Part shown: positions 39,190-47,888 of the stretch, one piece after another
Layout of the letters: the number at the start of each line of letters is the position of its first letter
Numbering within the stretch: position 1 is the first letter of the stretch
Source: a virus
Direction: 5' to 3' (one strand)
IMG/VR virus record: IMGVR_UViG_3300021961_000040
Coordinates: 1 to 64,000 of that record
Length of the DNA stretch: 64,000 nucleotides
The notes under the pieces: model-generated
What the model was told of the DNA's origin: nothing
What the model saw: the letters and a program-made list of their open reading frames with translations, nothing else
The model's database searches: none
Program-made: the position numbers and the translations under genes

Positions 39190-39381
39190 TTGAAATTGAA
39201 AATTTTAAATAGCGATCAACTAATGGTCATGAATGAACATGATCTTAAGCGCCTGATTTTATCTTTGCGTTCAAGAATCAAAGAAATAGAAGAAGACAAC
39301 AAAGATGAAAACACACTCCAAGAATTGGAGACTTACTATTGCTATGTGTTCAGAGAGCTCGAGCACAGAGGCTTAATGTAA
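39190..39381 (+). CDS. Hypothetical protein
   Basis: AGGAGG RBS. Confidence 0.55.
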   Translation: MKLKILNSDQLMVMNEHDLKRLILSLRSRIKEIEEDNKDENTLQELETYYCYVFRELEHRGLM

Positions 39382-39451
39382 GTGTGCAATTTGCAAAAAA
39401 ATAAATAATAATAATTAAACATTAAAAACTAAACATTGTAGGAGAAAAATA

Positions 39452-40189
39452 ATGAACTCATCCCTAAGTGGGTATTTTACCCATTCTAGTAATTTTGAAT
39501 TGCTTACTAGAGAAGAAGAAGTAGATCTTGCTAAAAGAATTGAAAAAGGTGATATTCTTGCAAGAAACATGATGATTGAATCAAATCTTAGACTTGCAAT
39601 TTCTATTGCAAAAAAATATTCTAAGTATGGTAGCAATCTCGAAGATCTTATTCAAGAGTCAAATATTGGCCTTATTAAAGCAGTTGAAAAGTTTGATTGG
39701 CGAAAAGGGTTTAAGTTTTCTACTTATGCAACCTGGTGGATTAAACAATCCATAACACGTAGCCTTACCAAAGAAAGTACACAGCTAAAGGTCCCTTCTC
39801 ATACACTCGAAAATGCCAGGAAAGTATGGGCACTTCAAAAAGAATACAAAGAAAATTTTAATTGCGAACCTACCATTGAAGAAATTGCTAGTATTTTAAA
39901 TATTTCAACCAGGCATGTAGAACAAGCAATTAGAAGTAGTAAAAGTAAATTTATTATTTCTATTGATACACCCGTTAATGACGAATACGGAAGAACGCTT
40001 GGCGAAACTATTGAAGATGAAAGTCTAGAATCAATTGATTCAATTTTAGATGATCAAAAAATCAAGAAAGCAATTGTTGAATCTCTATCTTCTCTTTCAA
40101 AACGAGAAGAACTAGTTCTTCGTCTTAGATTTGGAATCGAAGATGTAAGCGAAGATGATAAAAATATTTATGAAATTGAGGAGAAATAA
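39452..40189 (+). CDS. RpoD-like sigma70 factor, regions 1.2-4.1, lacking the region 4.2 HTH
   Basis: LLTREEE, SNLRL, DLIQESNIGLIKAVEKFD, FSTYATWWIKQ, EPT.EEIA; ends after LRLRFGI. Confidence 0.9.
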   Translation: MNSSLSGYFTHSSNFELLTREEEVDLAKRIEKGDILARNMMIESNLRLAISIAKKYSKYGSNLEDLIQESNIGLIKAVEKFDWRKGFKFSTYATWWIKQSITRSLTKESTQLKVPSHTLENARKVWALQKEYKENFNCEPTIEEIASILNISTRHVEQAIRSSKSKFIISIDTPVNDEYGRTLGETIEDESLESIDSILDDQKIKKAIVESLSSLSKREELVLRLRFGIEDVSEDDKNIYEIEEK

Positions 40190-40191
40190 TT

Positions 40192-40470
40192 ATGCCGATG
40201 CCTAAAGGTCACAAGATGTCAGCTGGGTACTCTACAAGCAAAAGTCTGGGTGGCGAATCTTATCATTCTATCTCTAGCAAAATGTCAGAAATGGGTCATA
40301 AGATGAATCACTCTACAGCAAGAAATATTTTTATTAATGCTCTTAAAAAAATTGCAAAAGACATTACTTCTATATATGACGTAGATTGTGATGAAAAAGA
40401 AATTATTCGAATTGCAAAAGACCCACGCTTTCAAGATGCAATCATACAATACATGAGAGAAAATAAGTGA
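40192..40470 (+). CDS. Stand-alone sigma region 4.2-like HTH protein
   Basis: SYHSISSKM...NHSTARNIFINALKKI aligns with RpoD TLEEVG...TRERIRQIEAKALRKL; own GAGGAG RBS. Confidence 0.6.
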   Translation: MPMPKGHKMSAGYSTSKSLGGESYHSISSKMSEMGHKMNHSTARNIFINALKKIAKDITSIYDVDCDEKEIIRIAKDPRFQDAIIQYMRENK

Positions 40471-40760
40471 AAAATAGTCTCGATCCATGCCAATTATTAG
40501 CTATGCATCATCAAACTGCGCTGTTAGAGTCTGTAGGCTGGAATGAAAAAGAATTTACAGAGCTAGTAAAGCATGTTACGAACTATTTAAATCATAAAGC
40601 TCAAAATTCAAAAGATATTAAATATAATGATATAACCTTGTTATTAGAGTCTGTTCATAATTTCTGGGGTCCTGATTCAAAAGAAGTTCTTGAGAGCATA
40701 TTTAATATAGAAAATTTCTATCTAAACCTAAATGTTCAAAGGAGTAAAGATGTCAATTAA
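40467..40760 (+). CDS. Hypothetical protein
   Basis: GTGA overlap. Confidence 0.5.
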   Translation: MKNSLDPCQLLAMHHQTALLESVGWNEKEFTELVKHVTNYLNHKAQNSKDIKYNDITLLLESVHNFWGPDSKEVLESIFNIENFYLNLNVQRSKDVN

Positions 40761-41106
40761 ACTAAAAGATTATCTTAAGAGAAAAAGATCTACTCTAGAA
40801 AAACTTTTAGAGTTAAAAAGAATAAAAAATTATCAACAGCTGCTTGATTATTGTAACAAAAGAGGTTGCGAGCCTATAGATGAAAAAGAGTTTAATTTAG
40901 TTATTAAAAAACCAATTTTACAAAAGCCTAGCAAAGATCTTAAAATGAAGCAGGCAAAAGAAGAATTGGTCAATGAAGAAGTCTCAAAACCCGAACCCGA
41001 ACCCGAACCCGAACCAGAAAGAAGAAAGAGAAGATCAAAAGTTTCTCGTTCAACACAGAATTCACAAGAAGAAAGGGCTTCTAATACAACCGTCGAAGAT
41101 ACATAA
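40750..41106 (+). CDS. Hypothetical protein with PE repeat
   Basis: AGGAG RBS; (CCCGAA)n at about 40990-41019. Confidence 0.55.
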   Translation: MSIKLKDYLKRKRSTLEKLLELKRIKNYQQLLDYCNKRGCEPIDEKEFNLVIKKPILQKPSKDLKMKQAKEELVNEEVSKPEPEPEPEPERRKRRSKVSRSTQNSQEERASNTTVEDT

Positions 41107-41165
41107 AGATTTTTTTGTAATTCTATGTGAAGGATCTTTAGAAGAGTGGTACATAGATAGTATAG

Positions 41166-41378
41166 ATGAGCTTAAATAATTTGTATACTTTGTCTGATGT
41201 TGCTGTTTATGATGCAGAATCCGAAGAAATAATTCTACAAATTGATAGAATTACAATTTCACTTTCTTTGGAAGAGTTTGCATTCGTAATGAGTGAATTT
41301 GAGAAATCTTTAAAAGCAATGAAGGATATTGTAATGACAACAGTTCAAAGAGTTGATCATGATCAGGAGATAAACTAA
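41166..41378 (+). CDS. Hypothetical protein
   Basis: ORF track. Confidence 0.5.
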   Translation: MSLNNLYTLSDVAVYDAESEEIILQIDRITISLSLEEFAFVMSEFEKSLKAMKDIVMTTVQRVDHDQEIN

Positions 41379-41791
41379 TGTCTATTAACCACCCGAAGGC
41401 GGGACCTAATTCAGTACCCGCATATCAGCTTTCTGCTGTTCCTTTTGTAACATCTTCAGCAGGCGGAGAAGTAAAAGCAAGTGCTATTGAAATATCTTTT
41501 CCTTATGTAACAAGATTTTTTGTAGTTCAGAATACTTCAGCAAACCCTATGAGAATAGGATTTACAGCCGATGGAGTAAATGCAGACATCACAGCTAATT
41601 ACATGGTCCTGTCAGGAAATGATATGACGCCAAGAATGGAAATAAGATGTAAGTCATTATTTTTTAGACGTGATGGTGCTTCAGATTGTAGTTTTAGCTT
41701 GATGGCTGGATTGTCAACAATCGAATCAAGTGAATTTCCTGTTTTAACAGGCTCTATTGGTGGAACTGTCGCTTTTGAGGGCGTTGGTTGA
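41378..41791 (+). CDS. Putative virion structural protein
   Basis: AYQLSAVPFVTSS...FPYVT beta-rich pattern; AGGAG RBS. Confidence 0.5.
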   Translation: MSINHPKAGPNSVPAYQLSAVPFVTSSAGGEVKASAIEISFPYVTRFFVVQNTSANPMRIGFTADGVNADITANYMVLSGNDMTPRMEIRCKSLFFRRDGASDCSFSLMAGLSTIESSEFPVLTGSIGGTVAFEGVG

Positions 41792-41792
41792 A

Positions 41793-42030
41793 ATGAAAGA
41801 AATCATGGAAGAATGGCGTTTGTTCTTAAACGTAATTTTGGTTGGAATGACGATGTTGATTTTCTTAAAAAAATTCAGTCGAAAGGTCGCAAAGAGAATT
41901 TGAAGAGACAAGTATGAAAAAGACAATTCCTCCTGCTGCATTTGATAGAATGATTGGTGGCTACGAAAGCCCAAGCGAAGATGAAGGTTTTGTAGACGTG
42001 CGTAATATTGAAGCTTGGTGGGCAAAGTAA
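41793..42030 (+). pseudogene. Internally deleted and frameshifted remnant (MKEIMEEWRLFL leader plus kinase-like C-terminus KTIPPAAFDRM...PSEDEGF)
   Basis: Three reading-frame pieces; shift at A7 41867-73. Confidence 0.45.
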
Positions 42031-42032
42031 GC

Positions 42033-42061
42033 TTGTAAAAGCTTGATAAAATTATTATAAT
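42033..42061 (+). promoter_or_regulatory. Sigma70-like promoter (TTGTAA-N17-TATAAT)
   Basis: Exact motif. Confidence 0.7.
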
Positions 42062-42079
42062 TCTTGCATAGGAGAAGTT

Positions 42080-42511
42080 ATGCAAAAATTGATTATTGTG
42101 TCTGGTTATTTTAATCCAATACACAAAGGTCACGTAGAGTATTTGCAGAATGCAAAATTGCAAGGAGACGTACTTTGTGTAATTGTAAACAGCGATCTTC
42201 AGAGAGCGTTAAAAGGGTCCAAGCCTTTTATGAACGAAGAAGAGCGAGTATTTATTGTTAAAAACATCAAAGGGGTTGATATAACATTTTTATCTTGCGA
42301 TCAAGATAGAACTGTTTGCAAATCTCTTAGAGAAATAGTAGCAATTTTTAAAGACAAATATGAAATCTTTTTTGCAAATGGCGGTGATCAAAACAATGAT
42401 ACTATCCCTGAAAGACCTGTCTGTGAAGAACTTGGTATTAAGTTAATTGATGGCTTGGGTGATAAAATTCAATCTTCGTCTTGGCTTTTAAAAGGAGAAG
42501 ATCATGCGTAA
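42080..42511 (+). CDS. Cytidylyltransferase-like (HIGH superfamily)
   Basis: SGYFNPIHKGH, NSD, ER, ANGGD, KIQSSS. Confidence 0.88.
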   Translation: MQKLIIVSGYFNPIHKGHVEYLQNAKLQGDVLCVIVNSDLQRALKGSKPFMNEEERVFIVKNIKGVDITFLSCDQDRTVCKSLREIVAIFKDKYEIFFANGGDQNNDTIPERPVCEELGIKLIDGLGDKIQSSSWLLKGEDHA

Positions 42512-43292
42512 AATTGTTTTATTTGACATGGACGGAACATTAACTCCGGCCAGAAAACAAATTGAACCAGATATGATTAGGGCTCTTAAGTTTTTAGAAA
42601 AAGAATACGAAATTGGAATTGTTACAGGGTCCGATTTTGAATACGTTAGGCAGCAAATTAAGCCTGCATTAGATATTGGCGGTATTCGATTAAGCACTTT
42701 ACATATTTTTCCCTGTAACGGAACCAAGTACTATAAATGGGAAAATAACAAATTTAAATGCCAATATTCGGCTGATATGATTAGCGAAGTCGGAGAAGAA
42801 AACTACCAATATCTCTTGCAGACGCTTTTCTCAGGTCAGCTTTTGATTTCTCTGCGTCACAAGCTACCCTACACAGGTACATTTTTTCATTACAGAGGGT
42901 CTATGCTAAACTGGTGCCCAATCGGTCGGTCTGCTAAAGACCGAGAAAGAGAAGCTTGGGTTGCTGCTGATAATGAATCAAAAATTAGAACAAAATACTT
43001 AGATTTTATCAAAGAAGCTATTGATAAGAAAAAAATGAAGCTACAAGTTGCACTCGGTGGGGCTACCAGCTTCGATATATTTCCAGAAGGCTGGGACAAA
43101 ACATACGTCTTAAAACACCTAGAAGCGTTTAAAGAGATAATTTTTATTGGGGATGCTTGCGAAGAAGGTGGAAATGACCATGAGATCTATACCCTCTTAA
43201 AGGACGGAGATGACACGCAGAGCTACTCTACAACAGGCCCATTGGTTACTGCAAAGATTGTTGAACTATTAATTCTAGGAGACTCTGCGTAG
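42504..43292 (+). CDS. Phosphomannomutase, PMM2/Sec53-type (HAD IIB)
   Basis: LFDMDGTLTPAR, GSD, R..MLN.CPIGR, SFDIFPEGWDKTY, GD..EGGNDHEIY. Confidence 0.85.
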   Translation: MRKIVLFDMDGTLTPARKQIEPDMIRALKFLEKEYEIGIVTGSDFEYVRQQIKPALDIGGIRLSTLHIFPCNGTKYYKWENNKFKCQYSADMISEVGEENYQYLLQTLFSGQLLISLRHKLPYTGTFFHYRGSMLNWCPIGRSAKDREREAWVAADNESKIRTKYLDFIKEAIDKKKMKLQVALGGATSFDIFPEGWDKTYVLKHLEAFKEIIFIGDACEEGGNDHEIYTLLKDGDDTQSYSTTGPLVTAKIVELLILGDSA

Positions 43293-43297
43293 GTCTA

Positions 43298-43885
43298 ATG
43301 AATACTTTTATACTTTCTCTAGATCCAAATGAAGCAGCAAGATTTCACTGCAACAAACATGTTGTTAAAATGATCTTAGAAAGCGCGCAAATGCTATGTG
43401 CTGCTCATTGGATTCATCTCTTAAAATCTCATAATAAGACAGTCAATGATTTCAAAAGAATTCGTGATGCACAGCAATGGGCATACGAACACACTGAAAA
43501 AGAATTGCAGCCTCCGTGGAAAATGTCTCATTTGCGACACCCGTGTACAATATGGACAGCAGAAAATATTTCAAATTATAAGTGGCAATTATCACTTTGT
43601 CAGGCTTTGTTAGCAGAATATTTTATTCGCTATCAAAGAAATCACAAGACTGAGCATGAAGCAAAATGGCTTGCAAAAAACATGCCCGTGGGTATTTCAA
43701 ATAGTTATCTGTCAGACTTTCCTGTTTGCATGAAAGATGAGTATAAGGTAGCAGACGAACATGGTATAATAAACATCGTCGAGTCTTATAGAAATTACTA
43801 TATTAAAGATAAAGTAAGATTTGCAAAATGGGAGCCCCGAGCTTCTATGCCTATGTGGTTTAAAAAAGGGATTAAAAATGAATAA
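43298..43885 (+). CDS. Pyrimidine dimer DNA glycosylase-like protein
   Basis: HCNKHVVKMILESAQML, HPCTIW, YRNYY. Confidence 0.75.
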   Translation: MNTFILSLDPNEAARFHCNKHVVKMILESAQMLCAAHWIHLLKSHNKTVNDFKRIRDAQQWAYEHTEKELQPPWKMSHLRHPCTIWTAENISNYKWQLSLCQALLAEYFIRYQRNHKTEHEAKWLAKNMPVGISNSYLSDFPVCMKDEYKVADEHGIINIVESYRNYYIKDKVRFAKWEPRASMPMWFKKGIKNE

Positions 43886-44063
43886 AGAAGATTTAGACAA
43901 GTTATTAAATTTAAGAAAAACACTTATTGATGATTATCAAAAACTAAGAGACTATAAGTCAAATAAGAATGCATTGATCAAAGAAGTTGACCATGCAGCT
44001 AAAATTCATTGGACAATTGTTCAGATAGATAATATTTTAAAAGAACACGTTAGTTTTGAATGA
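43878..44063 (+). CDS. Hypothetical protein
   Basis: Overlapping start. Confidence 0.5.
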   Translation: MNKEDLDKLLNLRKTLIDDYQKLRDYKSNKNALIKEVDHAAKIHWTIVQIDNILKEHVSFE

Positions 44064-44085
44064 TCAAGCTAATAATTAAAGTGGC

Positions 44086-44442
44086 GTGGGTATGCTTAAT
44101 TCTAATATTGTTTTCGGCGTCATGTTTGTCGTTACAGGTCATGTTCTCGCTTGGTATACACATAATCTACAGTTTGTGTACGAGTATTGGAAAACTCGCC
44201 CCATACTTTCTAATATAATTTTTGGCATACCTTGCGGGTTTGCCTATTGGTATGCTACTAAGTTTTTTATGGCGGTCACAGGTGAACTTTGGACTAGTAG
44301 ATTTATTGCTTTTTCTTTGTCATATTTAACATTTCCTATTATGACGTGGTTTTATTTGGGTGAGTCAATGTTTACTCAAAAGACGCTAATTTGTACATTT
44401 TTGGCGTTTATGATTATATTAGTGCAATATATTTACAAATAA
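44086..44442 (+). CDS. Small multi-TM membrane protein (DMT-like)
   Basis: Four hydrophobic segments, LGE motif. Confidence 0.55.
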   Translation: MGMLNSNIVFGVMFVVTGHVLAWYTHNLQFVYEYWKTRPILSNIIFGIPCGFAYWYATKFFMAVTGELWTSRFIAFSLSYLTFPIMTWFYLGESMFTQKTLICTFLAFMIILVQYIYK

Positions 44443-44872
44443 GGGCCTGACACGGTTTCGACGGGGTAGAATCAAGGGAGAGTGCAAGCAGGAAAGATAC
44501 ATCCTTAAAAGTTCAAAAACAATAGTTGCAAACAACAACACACACTTCGACGCAGTCGCACTCGCGGCGTAATCGGGTGGCCGCTTAAAGCCATCTATCC
44601 AATTTAAGCAAAACAACAGATAAGTTGTAAAAATCGAAATGGTTACCCAATATTGCTGCGGTGGTTAGACAGACAGGCTTAAATCGTACAATCTGGTGGC
44701 GCTTAGAAAGAAATTGCTAAGACAGTCAGATCAATATTGGTGGAGCGCAACAGGTCGGTAAGCGCAGGGAAAACCGACTATCTTTTCTAATTTGTGATAG
44801 TAAATTAGACAAGCTTGTGAATGACTCAAACTAAGACTGCTGCGGAAGCTGGTTCGACTCCAGCCAGGTCCA
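44443..44872 (+). ncRNA. ssrA: tmRNA; tag (A)ANNNTHFDAVALAA* at 44528-44572
   Basis: GGGCCTG/CAGGTCC acceptor stem with G3-U, GGTTTCGAC D-region, GCTGG-TTCGACT-CCAGC T-arm, resume codon GCA, tag ending ALAA. Confidence 0.95.
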
Positions 44873-44937
44873 CTATTTTTAATAAATTACTTATACAGGT
44901 GCATACTTAATAGCATGAGTGAAACGAAGAGGAGTCT

Positions 44938-45828
44938 ATGAGCGCAGAAACTTACAATAAAAACCAGTCTAGAAGATTCGGATGGAAGCCTGACTGGTTC
45001 ATACCTGATCATAAAGACTTTGATACAGTATTAACAGCTGCAATTAGAGAATTTCAGTCAGCACGAGGATTATCAGCAGACGGTATGTGCGGACCAGGAA
45101 CCTATAGAATAATATTGTCCGAAAGAGAAGCTTTAGAAGCTGCACATAATTCAGAATGGATTACAGACAATTCTGATGTTCTATGGTGGGGCGACAAGCC
45201 TATCAAGATCGATTGGCCATCAGAAAAAGTTCACACCTTCAAGGATGCAGGTTTTCCCTATCCCATTAGTAAAGGTCTGACAAAATATAACAGCCAAAGA
45301 GATATCAAGTCTTTTGTAACGCATTGGGATGTATGCCTTAACAGCATGTCTTGCGCAAAAGTCCTTGCTAAAAGAAACGTATCAGTTCACTTTTGTATTG
45401 ACAACGACGGCACAATTATTCAGCTTCATGACTTGAATGATGCATGCTGGCACGCCGGAAACTCTAAGGTCAATAGCACGGGAGTCGGTGTAGAGATTGC
45501 AAATGCTTTTTACTTAAAGCATCAAAGCTGGTATAAAAGAAATGGATTTGGAGAAAGGCCAATCATGAGCGGCGCTCTTGCACAAAATAGAAAAGTAGAA
45601 GACTTTACTTGGTTCTACCCGGTTCAAATAGAAGCTCTCAAAGCTCTTTACAAAGCAATGCACGAAGGGTGCGGTATTCCTCTAGAAGCACCTGCAGAAA
45701 AATGGGCTTATGACTCTCATGCTGCTAGCGGGAGATTTAAAGGATTTATGAACCATTTTCACTGCAGTGAGAAAAAGATTGATTGCGCAGGTCTAGATAT
45801 AGAAGAGATACTAAAGGAAATTAAATGA
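44938..45828 (+). CDS. N-acetylmuramoyl-L-alanine amidase with peptidoglycan-binding domain (endolysin)
   Basis: AIREFQ..GL.ADG.CGP.T; HWD, SVHF, WHAG, GVEI, H...KIDC. Confidence 0.85.
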   Translation: MSAETYNKNQSRRFGWKPDWFIPDHKDFDTVLTAAIREFQSARGLSADGMCGPGTYRIILSEREALEAAHNSEWITDNSDVLWWGDKPIKIDWPSEKVHTFKDAGFPYPISKGLTKYNSQRDIKSFVTHWDVCLNSMSCAKVLAKRNVSVHFCIDNDGTIIQLHDLNDACWHAGNSKVNSTGVGVEIANAFYLKHQSWYKRNGFGERPIMSGALAQNRKVEDFTWFYPVQIEALKALYKAMHEGCGIPLEAPAEKWAYDSHAASGRFKGFMNHFHCSEKKIDCAGLDIEEILKEIK

Positions 45829-46118
45829 AAATCACACGTAAAGAATTAAGAAGATTAATAGTAGAAACTGTTTTAAATGAAGACACAGTCAAGATGCATA
45901 CAGTTAAAAAAGGAGAGACACTTTCTCAAATATACAGCAGACACATGGGTGTATCGTTATCATCAGATCAGATTAATCAACTAGTACAAATGCAAAACGA
46001 CAGAGTCGACGCCGGAGACAGTGGGTTGACAAGAATAGAATCAGCTGATAGTGTCAAAGCAGGAGACAAAATTCTTTTGCCGGGTGAACAGACATCAATT
46101 GCTATAGGGGCAATGTAA
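45825..46118 (+). CDS. LysM-domain protein with shared leader
   Basis: HTVKKGETLSQI...VKAGDKILLP. Confidence 0.75.
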   Translation: MKITRKELRRLIVETVLNEDTVKMHTVKKGETLSQIYSRHMGVSLSSDQINQLVQMQNDRVDAGDSGLTRIESADSVKAGDKILLPGEQTSIAIGAM

Positions 46119-46657
46119 TGAAAATAAACAGAAGACAACTTCGTAAAATTATAAATGAGTTTCTTGATACGTCAAGGCCCATGATTGACCAACCCATTCC
46201 TGACCTCAAAGATTTGTCAAATACCTCAGTGTACGATCAACTTACAAACTCAGAGCGTGCAGCTTTTGTTTCCGCAATGGGAGTTGCAGGAGATGCAGGA
46301 GTTCCTGGAACCAGTCAAGAACTAAACGAAGGAGATATGATTCCGTTTCGTCAGCGTCAAAGAGCACTTCCAGATTTAGATGGTGATATAACACCTGACG
46401 ATTTAAGAGCTGCCGGGCTGGCGCCTGTTCACCACTTGCCTCCGACACCGGAGGAAGAAGAAAATCTTCAAAGAAAGCTGACCACTGCTAGACTGTCTAA
46501 TCTTCCTGATGATGACGATCTAGATGAAATGATTGAATTGCTTGCACAACGATATGAAAAAGAAAAAAGACGCGCCGAAGATCTTGCATCGCAAGGAGTT
46601 GATGTATTACCTTCAAGATTCATGAGAGATGCCGACGCTGATTATGATGACTATTAA
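46118..46657 (+). CDS. Hypothetical protein with shared leader
   Basis: MKINRRQLRKIINE. Confidence 0.6.
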   Translation: MKINRRQLRKIINEFLDTSRPMIDQPIPDLKDLSNTSVYDQLTNSERAAFVSAMGVAGDAGVPGTSQELNEGDMIPFRQRQRALPDLDGDITPDDLRAAGLAPVHHLPPTPEEEENLQRKLTTARLSNLPDDDDLDEMIELLAQRYEKEKRRAEDLASQGVDVLPSRFMRDADADYDDY

Positions 46658-46766
46658 AATTAAGTCAAAATAAAAGTGTACACTCTAAAAATCGTGTCTA
46701 TGTTATATTTGCGACGCCTAATGGGTCGCAAAATACTATCAAACTTGCTTAAATAAGGAGGACGAT

Positions 46767-47195
46767 ATGACACGTTTGATGATGAGAACCACACCTGCAA
46801 TTATGAGCAGCAGAGCTTTTGACCAGTTTTTTGAAGGCTTTTTTGCAGAACCCGACCACTGGGTCAAGAATTCAACAGAAGGATATCCACTGACAGATAT
46901 TTGGCGTGAAGACGATGACACCCAAGTCATTCAGATGGCACTCGCAGGTTTTGCGCGAGATAGCTTAAGCGTCGAAACTGACAAAAACCGTATCACCATC
47001 TCTTCTGCCAAAACAGACGAAGATGACAAGCGGAGCGCAAGACGCATCGCGCGTCGAGCTTTTACCAAGACCTTTGTTGATCACCAGAATCAGTTGGATA
47101 TGTCAAAGGCAGAAGCCGATTTTACAGATGGTTTACTTACTGTACGAATCCCACCCGTAATTAAATCTAAAAAGACAACAATTAAAATCAAGTAA
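46767..47195 (+). CDS. Small heat shock protein Hsp20
   Basis: YPLTDI, MALAGF, IARRAF, ADFTDGLLTVRIP. Confidence 0.9.
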   Translation: MTRLMMRTTPAIMSSRAFDQFFEGFFAEPDHWVKNSTEGYPLTDIWREDDDTQVIQMALAGFARDSLSVETDKNRITISSAKTDEDDKRSARRIARRAFTKTFVDHQNQLDMSKAEADFTDGLLTVRIPPVIKSKKTTIKIK

Positions 47196-47209
47196 TTGTT
47201 AAGAATTTG

Positions 47210-47245
47210 AACTCCTCGCTGTATAGTTATAGTGAGGAGTTTTTG
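47210..47245 (+). terminator. Hairpin with ATAGTTA across the loop and GAGGAG RBS in the 3' arm
   Basis: AACTCCTCGCTGTA/TATAGTGAGGAGTT followed by TTT. Confidence 0.7.
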
Positions 47246-47246
47246 T

Positions 47247-47888
47247 ATGCGTATAACTAGGAAAAATCTTAGAAAAATAATATTAGAAAATATTAGAGAG
47301 GCTATAGACTTACAAGCATTGCAATCCGCTACAAATTTTATATATCGATCAAATGAAATTGAAGAATACATTGACGATCCTAAAGAAATATTTAGTGCGC
47401 TTGAAGGTGTTGTGCAAGGATATCCAGCAAGCTACGTTACAAGAAGTGCAAATATAAAAGCACAAATTCTTGGAATTCAAGCAACAACAACGTTTGAGGA
47501 TAGAAAAGGCGCTACACTCGCAGAGGCTTTAGAGGTACATAGAGCGATGGGTGCTGATGTTTTAGACTCTGGCGTTCCAGGAATGCTTAGAGATAATGAT
47601 GCGAGATCTGCAGGAGGAACCATTTATGTTTCTCCTGAGTTTGTAGCCGAAGCTATGTCATGGTGGGAATCTAGTGATTTTGGAACGCCTTTTGAAAGGC
47701 ACGCTGTCTATGAGTTAATTCATCCATTTTCAGACGGAAACGGCCGGAGTGGCAGAATACTGCTGTTGTCAAATATGAATTACAACTATGCTGCCGCCAA
47801 CGGAATGATTGGAGAAGGTTATTTTGATAGATTAGATATGTTTAATGATCAATATCAAAATTACTTTGCAGAAAGAGGTTGGCTGTGA
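47247..47888 (+). CDS. Fic-domain protein with shared leader
   Basis: HPFSDGNGRSGR canonical Fic motif. Confidence 0.85.
   Translation: MRITRKNLRKIILENIREAIDLQALQSATNFIYRSNEIEEYIDDPKEIFSALEGVVQGYPASYVTRSANIKAQILGIQATTTFEDRKGATLAEALEVHRAMGADVLDSGVPGMLRDNDARSAGGTIYVSPEFVAEAMSWWESSDFGTPFERHAVYELIHPFSDGNGRSGRILLLSNMNYNYAAANGMIGEGYFDRLDMFNDQYQNYFAERGWL

Noticed and set aside
27073-41019. Short tandem repeats as CRISPR or regulatory arrays
   Set aside because: In-frame coding repeats (EEEAP, EED, PE) without spacers; no CRISPR array or cas gene seen.
42504-43292. Eukaryotic or giant-virus origin of the contig because of the PMM2-like gene
   Set aside because: SD sites, sigma70, tmRNA, bS21, DnaE and an amidase indicate a bacteriophage.
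44843-44875. Stand-alone tRNA
   Set aside because: The T-arm and acceptor half belong to the tmRNA; no anticodon arm is present.
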